This document shows positions 53,711 to 64,000 of a DNA stretch of 64,000 bases, piece after piece. This DNA comes from Octopus sinensis. Its lineage: Eukaryota. The DNA is taken from positions 126,170,001 to 126,234,000 of the forward strand of contig NC_043001.1 of NCBI RefSeq assembly GCF_006345805.1, given 5' to 3'. Position 1 is the stretch's first letter. The number at the start of each line of letters is the position of its first letter. The notes under the pieces were generated by a model. The model saw only the letters and a list, made by a program, of their open reading frames with translations. It was not told where the DNA came from and made no database searches. The translations under genes were made by a program, and so were the position numbers.

Positions 53711-54094
53711 TGTGGAAGCACTCCGTCGGTTACGACGACGAGGGTTCCGGTTGATCCGATCAACGGAACAGCCTGCTCGTGAAATTAACGTGTAAGTGGC
53801 TGAGCAGTCCACAGACACGTGTACCCTTAACGTAGTTCTCGGGGATATTCAGCGTGACACAGAGAGTGACAAGGCCGGCCCTTTGAAATACAGGTACAAC
53901 AGAAACAGGAAGTAAGAGTGAGAGAAAGTTGTGATGAATGAGTACAGCAGGGATCACTACCATCCCCTGCCGGAGCCTCGTGGAGCTTTAGGTGTTTTCG
54001 CTCAAAAAAACACTCACAACGCCCGGTCTGGGAATCGAAACCGCGATCCTACGACCGCGAGTCCGCTGCCCTAATACTGGGCCATTGCTCCTCC
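53711..54094 (-). mobile_element. SINE-C with tail type 2
   Basis: Same head and body as 41027. The 3' half (CTGTGTCACGCTG...TTAAGGGTACAC...TCAGCCACTT) is unrelated to tail type 1. Confidence 0.8.
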
Positions 54095-54347
54095 TCTTGC
54101 GCACACTATACTTGAGTCATCTCAACCCTGACACAGGTATCCTGAGAAACCTTTTATTTTTTTCAATTGATAATAGTAGAGCTTAGAAACAACAGGAAGA
54201 GCAAGGATGTCTGTGTAGCCGCTGACCATTAGAAGGCATCAATCACATCCTAGTCTTTGGTACACATTAATTATCGTCACTGCCTGCAATAATGCAGGAT
54301 ATATGACATGTGGTGCCGTTTACCAATAGTGACATTACATTTTATGA

Positions 54348-54745
54348 ACTAGCAGTATCGTCCGGCGTTGCTCGGGTTTGTAAGGGAAATAACTATATAA
54401 GCATTTTTGGAGAGTTATAGCCAAAAAGTAGTAAAAACATGCATTAAAAATGGAAAAAAAATTATGATAAATTTTTTTTTAAATCGTTGACTCATCGTAG
54501 ACATTTTTAGAGAGTTACTTCCCTTATATAATAGCGAAAAAAATGCATTAAAATGGAAAACAATGATGGTAAATTTTTTTTAAATCGTAGACTCATTGTA
54601 GACGCGCGCTAATACCCAGAAAGGCTCGATATGAATCACGACTATAAGATACCCGGTTTTGGTTAAACTGCACTGCAAAATGTGGGAGTAGTTAGGAATC
54701 TAAATCGTAGGAGACAGACACACAACCTTACTTTTATATATAAAG
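54348..54745 (+). mobile_element. Helentron/DINE-1-like non-autonomous element, unit 1 of a head-to-tail dimer
   Basis: Starts ACTAGCAGTATCG(T/C)CCGGCGTTGCTCGGG (short internal inverted repeat) and ends GACACACAAC...CTTTTATATATAAAG. Four copies in the window. Confidence 0.7.
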
Positions 54746-55140
54746 ACTAGCAGTATCGCCCGGCGTTGCTCGGGTTTGTAAGGGAAATAACTATATAAGC
54801 ATTTTTAGAGAGTTATAGCCAAAAAATAGCAAAAGCATGCATTAAAAATGGAAAAAAAATGATGGTAAATTTTTTTTAAATCGTTGACTCATCATAGACA
54901 TTTTTAGAGAGTTACTTCCCTTATATAATAGCGAAAAAATGCATTAAAATGGAAAAAAACGATGGTAAATTTTTTTTAAATCGTAGACTCATCGTAGACG
55001 CGCGCTAATACCCAGAAGGGCTCGATATGAATCACGACTATAAGATACCCGGTTTTGGTTAAACTGCACCGCAAAATGTGGGAGTAGTTAGGTATCTAAA
55101 TCGTAGGAGACAGACACACAACTTGACTTTTATATATAGT
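54746..55140 (+). mobile_element. Helentron/DINE-1-like element, unit 2 of the dimer
   Basis: Direct repeat of 54348-54745, joined with no spacer. Confidence 0.7.
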
Positions 55141-57653
55141 AGAAGAGGCTATAGTAGAAGACACTTGCCCAAGGTACCACGCAATGGGACTGAACCCGGA
55201 TCAATGTGGTTCGAAAGCAAGCTACTTACCACACAGCCTATTATAAATATTATAAATATTTTCTATTTATAAGAAATATCTCAATTCCTAAGATCTTTAA
55301 TTGATACACTTCGGGTTATAAGACGGAGAGCTGGCTGGAACGTAAGCACTCCAGGCGAAATGCTTAGCAGTATTTCGTTGGATTTTTTCGTTCTGAGTTC
55401 AAATTCCGGTGAAATCGACTTTGCCTTACACCCTTTCCAGGGTCAATAAATTAAATACCAGTTACGTACTGGAGTCGATCTAATCGTCTTGCCCCTTCCC
55501 CCAAAATTTCGGGCCTTGTGCCTTGAGTAGAAAAGAATATTCTTCGGATTATGTTAAACTGATAATTTCTAAAAAGAATGAAATAGTAGTATACGAGTGA
55601 TTATTACTCTTTTACTCTTGTTTCAGTCGTTTGACTGCGGCCATGCTGGAGCTTATTCTTTGTAAGCTTAGTACTTATTCTATCAGTCTCTTTTGCCGAA
55701 CCATTAAGTTACAGGGACGTAAACACATCAACATCGGTTGTCAAGTGATGGTGGGGGGACAAGCACAGACACACAAACATATATATATATATAATATATA
55801 TGTAATATATATATAATATATATAATATATATATATACGATGGGCTTCTTTTAGTTTTCGTCTACCAAATCCACTCACAAGGTTTTGGTCGGCCCGAGGC
55901 TGTACTAGAAGACACTTGCCCAAGATTCCACGCAGTGGGACTGAACCCGGAACCATGTGGCTGGGAAGCAACACAGCCACTCCTGCACCTGACTAGAAAA
56001 TTTAAGAACTTCGTTCAGAGAAAAGAGTAAAAATAATTTTGAATTCTATGCATCTATTTTCCTTATTCCTTAATTTCAAATCCAAACTTCTGATCCTGCC
56101 AAAGATTGTGAATAAATTACTATCCCCCTTGTAATAACTGTTTGCTAGGGAACATCGCGTGTGTGGAATTGCTCAAATCTAATAATAACTGGTATCGATA
56201 CATTGGAAGTTCTTTTTTTTTGATCCTTCAACATTATTAAGAGATTTATTCGGGATTCTCAGCCGTACCCTCTTGTTCAACGAAGATTAGGAGACAACAG
56301 TTTCAGCTCATACTGAAAATGCTACTGTAATTCATCAAACTTCGTAGAATGAAAAATAAAGTGACCCCCCCCCCCACCTCCAGCCACTTCATGTGCTTTA
56401 AACTCAGAAAATAAATGTCCTTAACTAAATACCGTAAAGCACGTTGTCTATCGTGTCAGAGCTTACGTTTCACCGTGGTCGAGTTTACCTTTCATCTTTC
56501 AGGGGCGAATAAAATAAACTATCAGTCAAGCACTAGGATCCATATAATCGTCTGAGCCCCTTCCCTTGCCGGTCATTTTTCTAGATTAGAAATCATTATT
56601 ATAAGTTTATTTAGGGTTCTAGATTGCTGTATTTAGTTTTGAGTTCTTTTACGTTCTGAGTTCAAATTACGCTTGGGTAAACTTTCATCCTTTTAGGATC
56701 GATAAAATAAAAGTACCGATCAAGTACTGTTGTCGATGATATCGACTAACGCTCCCTAGAAAATTATTGTGCCCAGAAGCAATTAAAATCCTTGCATCCG
56801 TATACGCATCCGTCAAATCCCGCATAACTGGACTGTCCAACCACATAGATACATCTGTATACTCAGATAAAATGTTCAAAATAAACCATATATACACGTA
56901 TAATTCATACAACTTCAAGAATTCAAAATAAGTATGCGTACAAAGTGATAGAAATTTAATTCATTTATCTATAAACAAGGTACATAGAACGAAAACTCTT
57001 TGAAAAAGCTACGAGTATATTCCTTTTATCATCAGTGTAGCAAATAATAATTACTGATTTAGACACAAAATTCACAATTTTTGAAAGAGGAAGGTTTTAC
57101 TCATTATCATAGGCCCAACTGCTTGACTAGTACTATATTTTATCGACCCCTAAAGAATGAAAGTGGAAGATGACGCCGGTAAAATTTGAACTAGAACGTT
57201 ATAATTTTTTTCTCCAATGCTATAATGATTCAAAATTGAAAAAGATTGATGTTCAGTGCCGTGCATAATTTAATAATTTACATCTTTATTTATTTGTTTG
57301 TTTGTTTCATATTTCTTTCTTCCTTTCTTTCTTTATTTATTTAGGTCAGTAAAGATCGTTATCATGTAAAATAAATTTCCTGATGCTTTGACAAAAAAAA
57401 TAAAATAAAATAAATAAATGAACGAATAAATAGATAGATAAAGAAATAAATGAATAAAAAAAAAATCTGGTCATCACAGGATTGGTTCCACCACCTGGAA
57501 ATGATATTTATGCAATTCTAGGTGGAGAGATGAATTTATGTAGATTTTTATCAGGAAGAGGGACAAAAAAACTCTTTAAATACCATTGAAGTCAAGGTAC
57601 AGATGTGATGGTTCCACTTTCGTGCATGGGAAGTATGATCATATGTTACAAAG

Positions 57654-57697
<44 letters not shown>

Positions 57698-58612
57698 CAC
57701 CCACCTACACACACATACATACACATACATACAGACAGAGAGAGAGAGAAACATGTATATATATTTACAGACAGATGTACATAAATATATATATATATGC
57801 ATATGTATGAGTGTGTATGTATAAACTACATCTCTCTCTCTCTTTCTCTCTCTCTCTCTATATATATGTGTGTGTATGTGTGTGTGTGTGTGTGAAATTT
57901 TATACATTATATATGTATACACATATTATTGGCGTGATGGCTTAAAGCGGCGAGCTGGCATAGTCGTTACCGCGCCTGACTAGATGTCACGGCATTTCGT
58001 ACGTCTTCACGTTCTGAGTTCAAAATCTGCTGAGGTTCACTTTGCCTTTCATATTTTCGGGGTCGATAAAATAAGTACCACTGAGTCGATGTAATCGATT
58101 TACTCCCTCACCCGAAATTGCTAACCTTGTGCCAAAAATTATTATTATTATTATCATTATTATTAAGGCGGCGAACTGGCAGAATCTTTAGCGTGCTCGA
58201 TGAAATGCTTAGCGGTATTTCGTCTGCCGTTACGTTCTAAGTTCAAATTCCGCCGAGGTCGACTTTGCCTTTCATCCTTTCGGGATCGATAAATTAAGTA
58301 CCAGTTACGCACTGGGGTCGATGTAATCGACTTAATCCGTTTGTCTGTCCTTGTTTGTCCCCTCTGTGTTTAGCCCCTTGTGGGAAGTAAAGAAATAGGT
58401 ATTTCGCCCGTCGCTACGTTCTAAGTTCAAATTTCGCCGACGTCGACTTTGCCTTTCAGCTTTTAGGGGTCGACAAATTAAGTACCACTTGATTACTAGG
58501 GTATCCACGAAATTGTTGGCCTTATGCCTAAATATGCAGTCAATAGTATTATATGCTATATATTATATATGTATATGTTTAGGCATATATATATAGTCGA
58601 TATTTGTATATA

Positions 58613-59605
58613 CAAGGGGAAATCAAAAATTATCCGCACTTTCAGCATAACATATTTTTGTTATTGCCCTGCTTTCTGCACATGTGTGCTTGTAGTTGGT
58701 TCTTTTGTGGTCATGCGATCAAAATTTGTGTCTGATCGCGCTACGTTTCTTTCTGGCTTTACAGTGTAAGCACGACCGCTCAACTAACAATGTGCACCAA
58801 AGAAGTACAACAAACAGTGATCCGATTCTCCGTTTGGAAGGTGTGTGAGGTGCTGAAATTCATCGGAAAGTTTTAGCACAATTGGTTAATGGTTTCAACG
58901 GTCTGGGCGGCCGTGTATGAGCGTGCATTTTGATGCAACAACAAAACTTTCTTTGACAATAGGCTTCAGCGTTTAGTGTGAATTGCTGACTTCAGTTTGT
59001 TGGCCAGCAAAGTACTGTATCTTGCACTGTTGATCGCATACCGCTTTCCCAGGTAGACTTCCAGTATAGGCCTTTTTGAGACCCAAGAAAAGGTTAGCAT
59101 CACCTTTCCCACAGAAGACCGAGTCTTGAATTTCGTCGCCGGCGAGCCAGAATGTTTCCACTCCATACTCTTTTATTTGGATTCTACCTGATAATGATGG
59201 ACCCACGATCCATCACCTGCGACTATTCTGCATCAAAATTCCTTGCGTTCGTTGTTGTAGCGATCGAGTGGCAGGCCTCAAGACGTTTGCGCTTGTGCTC
59301 TGCAGTATGCTCTCTTGGCATCCATCTTGCACAGAGTTTATGCAAGCCAAGCTCATCGTGGATGATTTTCGGCCTTCCGACAAGAGAAATCAAATTACTG
59401 CTCTTTGTTCTACCTTGGTGCACATTGATGGTGGAGTGGCCTTGCTTACACTTGAAAACCAGAAAGAAAAATGGTGTGATCAGACTCAAACTTCGATCAC
59501 GTGACCACAATAGTACCAACTATAAACATGCGTGCGCAAAAAGCAGTGTGACAATAATAAAAATATGTTATGGTGAAAGTGCGGATAATTTTTGATTTCT
59601 CCTCA
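58613..59605. mobile_element. Rearranged mariner element with two inverted 5' ends
   Basis: TA-flanked ends AAATCAAAAATTATCCGCACTTTC and their reverse complement. About 210 bp of diverged inverted repeat, each arm including the transposase start (MCTKE/KV...VI.F). The minus strand carries IIHDELGLHKLCARWMPREH, MEWKHSGSP and LLHQNARSYTAAQTVET. Confidence 0.88.
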
Positions 59606-60278
59606 TATATATATATATATATATATACGTGATCTGTATGGTCATTTAATGAACACATACATACATACATACATACATACATACATACATACATACATAC
59701 ATACATACATACATACATACATACATACATACATACATACATACATACATACACATACATACATACATACATGCATACATACATACATACATACATACAT
59801 ACATACATACATACATACATGCATGCATACATACATACATACATACATACATACATACATACATACATACATACATACACACATTCATACATCCTTAACA
59901 TACATAAACTGAAAAGCTTAGTCAATACGCTACATATTCAAACACAAACATATCATACACGGCATTTCCAGAATCTTTCTTTTCTTCTATCTCTGCATCC
60001 TAACTCATCCTACATCCACAACACCATTCCACACCATTCTACACCACCCTGGCGATCTTTCGCGCTTCATTAAATTCCAGTTGTATAATACATCAACGGA
60101 AGTGGTGAAAAAAAACCACAGCTGAAGTAACACGACTTTGTGGTAGGTTCTTGAGATATCTGGTTTGTCACTCAAAACACCTCACAGGTTTTTCTTTCTT
60201 CTTGTCTCCCGATTTTATCTATAGATGTAGGCATGCATACGTATATGCGTGTAGATAGATATAGACATACGTATACAC

Positions 60279-60352
<74 letters not shown>

Positions 60353-62041
60353 GTACACACATATGTATACACCACACACACACACACACACATATATATA
60401 TACATGTATACGCACACAGACATATATATAGCGTGCTGGTAGAATTTTTGGTCCAATCGGGCAAAATGTTTAGCAGCATTTCTTCCGACTCTTTACGATA
60501 TGAGTTCAAATCCTGCTGACGTCAACAACTTTGCATTTAGGACTCGAGAGTAAAAAATATACATACATACAAAAATACTTACAGATAAATATGTATATAT
60601 ATGTATGTGCAAAGCGGCAAGTTGGCAGAAACGGTAGCGCGCCGGGTAAAATGCTTAGCGGCATTTCGTCTGCCGCTACGTTCTGAGTTCAAATTCCTCC
60701 GAGCTCGACTTTGCCTTTCATCCTTTCGGGGTCGATTAGATAAGTACCAGTTACGCACTGAGGTCGATATAATCGACTTAATCCGTTTGTCTGTCCTTGT
60801 TTGTCCTCTCTGTGTTTAGCCCCTTGTGGGTAGTAAAGAAATAGGTATTTCGTCTTTACGTTCTGAGTTCAAATTCCGCCGAGGTCGACTTTGCCTTTCA
60901 TTCTTTCGGGTTCGATAAATTAAGTACCAGTTGCGTACTGGAGTCCTTCTAATCGACTGGGCCCCTTCCCCAAAATGTCGGACATTGTACCTAGAGTAGA
61001 AAAGTATATATATGTATGTGCGTTTAAGAACGGCCGAATGGTTAAGAAGTGTGCTTCGCAATAATGCGGTCTTGTTTCGATTCCGCTGCACAGCAGCTTC
61101 GGTAAGTGTCACTTTCTATAGCTTTGAATTGTTTCATATACTGCGAGTGAATTAGGTAGACGGAAACTACTTGGAATCCTATCGGACGAGTTCTTCCGTT
61201 AATTTGTAACAGAATGGCATGGATATTCTGCTTGAAAATTATATTAAATGCATTAGTGTTTATGGTGTACTCGGCCACTTAAACGCATATATAAGGAGTT
61301 TGATTCTAACTTGATTAAAAAAAAAAACTGAACAATCGTTTTATTTCCGACATCCACGTTTATATAACCTATGAGATGCAGGCGTGGTTGTGCGGTAAGA
61401 AGTTTGCTCCACGAGAACATAGTTCTGGGTTCAGTCCCACCGCGTAGCACTTTGACAAGTGTCTCCTAGTATATCCACGGGCTGACGAAATCCTTGTGGG
61501 TTGAGTTGGTTGTCGGAAACTGAAAGAAGCACTTGTTGCGGTTTGTATCAAGCAAATTGACCACGGTTCTTTTTCTTTTTTTTTTCTTTTTTTTTTGAAG
61601 ACTGGAACTATTCTACCGTTCTCTTAGCTAAACTGTTAAATTATGGGGACGTAAGCAAACCAACACCGGCTGTCAAGCAAGGTATGGAGAAAGAGACACA
61701 AATACACACACACACACACACATATGACGGATTTCTTTCAGTTTCCGCCTACCAGATCCACTCACAAGGCTTTAGTCTGCCCGAAGCTACAGTGTCACAC
61801 ACCGTGGGACTGAACCCAGAACTAAGTGGCTAGAAACCCAACTGCTTACCACACTGCTACGCTACTATTAGCTCCTGCTCATTGCGCACTAACGTATGTT
61901 TGACTTGCAGAAACAACACACTAAAGACCAGGTATTAACGGCAGGTGTCTTATTTCTGTTGTTGTTGTTGTCGTTGCTGCTACTGCTGCTGCTGCTTGTG
62001 TTGTTATTGATTGAATTAAGTATGTTTTCAGGAACAATATT

Positions 62042-62444
62042 CTCTTTTACTCTTTTACTTGTTTCAGTCATTTGACTGCGGCCATGCGGGAGCACCGCCT
62101 TTAGTCGAGCAAATCGACCCCGGGACTTATTCTTTGTAAGCCCAGTACTTATTTTATTGGTCTCTTTGCCGAACCGCTAAGTGACGGGGACGTAAACACA
62201 CCAGCATCGGTTGTCAAGTAATGCTAGGGGGACAAACACAGACACACAAACACACACACACACATATATATATAGATATACGACAGGCTTCTTTCAGTTT
62301 CCGTCTACCAAATCCACTCACAAGGCATTGGTCGGCCCGGGGCTATAGCAGAAGACACTTGCCCAAGATGCCACGCAGTGGGACTGAACCCGGAACCAAG
62401 TGGTTGGTTAGCAAGCTACTTACCACACAGCCACTCCTGCGCCT
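62042..62444 (-). mobile_element. Full-length SINE-B copy
   Basis: Near-identical to 3963-4381 and 43485-43890. Confidence 0.9.
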
Positions 62445-62994
62445 GTTTGGAATAAACTAATGCATTCTATAGTGACATTTACAAAATGTACATATCCAAC
62501 CAATGAGAAATAAGGGGGTAATTTATGTTAAGCACTTCTCATAAATCACTCCCTTCTCAGAGCGCGGGTATTATGCACTTGGTGGTAAGTTCAAATAACC
62601 ATGTCAATTAAATACTATAATTTAATATGGTTAATTGATTTAATTAATTTCATGAGGATGGATGAAGTGTCGCCACACATATATAATTTCAGTTACTGTT
62701 TCACAATTAGTCTCAATCGATTGAATAATGAGAAGCAAGAGCTGACGGGGAGAAGAGAGACGTTCAGAACCAAAACCTGATACTAAACGGAAGAAGAAAG
62801 AAGGTAATTATAAATACAATATATCACTGTATCCATATCATGCGACCAAAGTAGCAATTTTATTTGCTTGATTTACAAGTATGCTTATAGGTAAATAAGA
62901 TGTGGAATTGTTAGCTAGAAAAAATTTTACTTTTACTTGTTTCTGTCATTTGACTGCGGCCATGCTGGAGCACTGCCTTTACAAAGTGTGTGAC

Positions 62995-63112
62995 GCTTAC
63001 AGCACTTAGGTTTCTCAAGCGGTCACCCATCTAAGTACTAACTAGGCTCGACGTTGCTTAACTTCGGTGATCGGACGGGAACCGGTGCTTTCAACGTGAT
63101 ATGGCCGTAAGC
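62995..63112 (-). rRNA. Dispersed full-length 5S rRNA copy, probably a pseudogene or retrocopy
   Basis: Minus strand reads GCTTACGGCCATATCACGTTGAAAGCACCGGTTCCCGTCCGATCACCGAAGTTAAGCAACGTCGAGCCTAGTTAGTACTTAGATGGGTGACCGCTTGAGAAACCTAAGTGCTGTAAGC (118 nt). Helix I ends pair (GCTTACGGC/GCTGTAAGC), and box A, the intermediate element and box C are recognisable. It carries apparent G>A changes relative to typical metazoan 5S, has no oligo-T terminator and is not in a tandem array. Confidence 0.9.
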
Positions 63113-63180
63113 AATATTTAACTTGTATTTTTAAAACTTTCGTGTATTTTCTGTAAAGTTATTTACGTAGCTTATTACTC

Positions 63181-63226
63181 TATCAAAGTTCTTTCGTCAC
63201 GCCTCCTGTGACCTCTTCAGTGATTC
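63181..63226 (-). ncRNA. Minimal type I hammerhead ribozyme motif (family 2, canonical core)
   Basis: AUCA-CUGAAGA-G-GUCAC-AGGAGGC-GUGAC-GAA-AG-AA-CU-U-UGAU. Homologous to the motifs at 52764-52808 and 51620-51665. Confidence 0.72.
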
Positions 63227-63482
63227 TATCTTCTATGTGTCTTCTCTTGTCCTGCCTATTCCATTTTGTCCTTCTGTGGTGTTTTATTCTTTTACTTGCT
63301 TCTGTCGTTTGACTGCGGCCATGCTGAAGCACACCCTTTCGTCGAACAAATCGATCCTAGGATTTGTTCTTTGTAAGCCTAGTACTTTTTCTATCGGTAT
63401 CTTTTGCCGAACCGCTATATTATGGGGTCGTAAACACACCAACATCGACTATCAAGCGATGGTGGGGGGACAAACACAGACT

Positions 63483-63530
<48 letters not shown>

Positions 63531-64000
63531 CGACGGGCTTCTTTCAATTTCCGTCCACCATATCCACTCAGAAGGCTTTGGTCGGCCCGAGGCTATGGTA
63601 GAAGACACTTGCCCAAGGTGTCACGCAGTGGGACTGAACCCGGAACCATGTGGTTGGGAAGCAAGCTTCTTACCACTCAGTCACCCCTGCGCCTATTTAC
63701 ATAGCTTTTATTCATTTATTACTTTTTACCTTATACTTGTTTCTGTCATTAAATTTGCGGCCATACTGATGCATTGCGTTGAAGGTTTTAGTCGACCGAG
63801 TCGATCTCAGTTCTTATTCTTTTAAAGCCTGGTATTACTTTCATCGGTACCTTTCGCCGAATAGCTAACTTATGCTGGGATAAGGAAACCAACCCCCGTT
63901 GTCAAGCGGTGGGCTGGCAACAAATACAAAGACACGCGTATATTCATAGATATATCTCGGCTTCGTCGGTCACGAATGACCATGGGTTCACCTAAGAGGG

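Noticed and set aside
57480-57590. Frame GLVPPPGNDIYAILGGEMNLCRFLSGRGTKKLFKYH
   Set aside because: The acceptor lacks a polypyrimidine tract, there is no clear donor, and I cannot support any homology.
62693-62803. Exon candidate with an AAG|GTAATT donor
   Set aside because: All three frames contain stops from either plausible acceptor.

Overview
AT-rich, microsatellite-dense eukaryotic DNA. The SINE repertoire points to a coleoid cephalopod, most likely Octopus; this is recognition, not a database result. There is one 100-N scaffold gap at 6782-6881. I cannot confidently call any host protein-coding gene, and nearly all supplied ORFs are translations of simple repeats. The window is a mosaic of at least four tRNA-derived SINE families, decayed LINE pieces (R4/Dong-like RLE, RTE, CR1, L1/Tx1-like), Tc1/mariner elements (DD34D, DD41D, a MITE and a 5'-5' rearranged copy), Helentron/DINE-1-like non-autonomous elements and Penelope-like element (PLE) remnants. 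The most interesting signals are: (1) three distinct families of minimal type I hammerhead-ribozyme motifs at PLE-like termini, one with a compensatory stem I change between copies; (2) a recurring fold-back architecture in which these termini sit in inverted repeats (15.5-16.1 kb, 34.2-34.4 kb, 44.8-45.2 kb, 51.5-53.0 kb); (3) a full-length 5S rRNA copy joined to a SINE 3' tail; (4) two tandem Dong-like RLE fragments embedded in (TAA)n; and (5) a spacer-less 542-bp palindrome. All alignments and folds were done by eye, so coordinates are approximate to a few bases.
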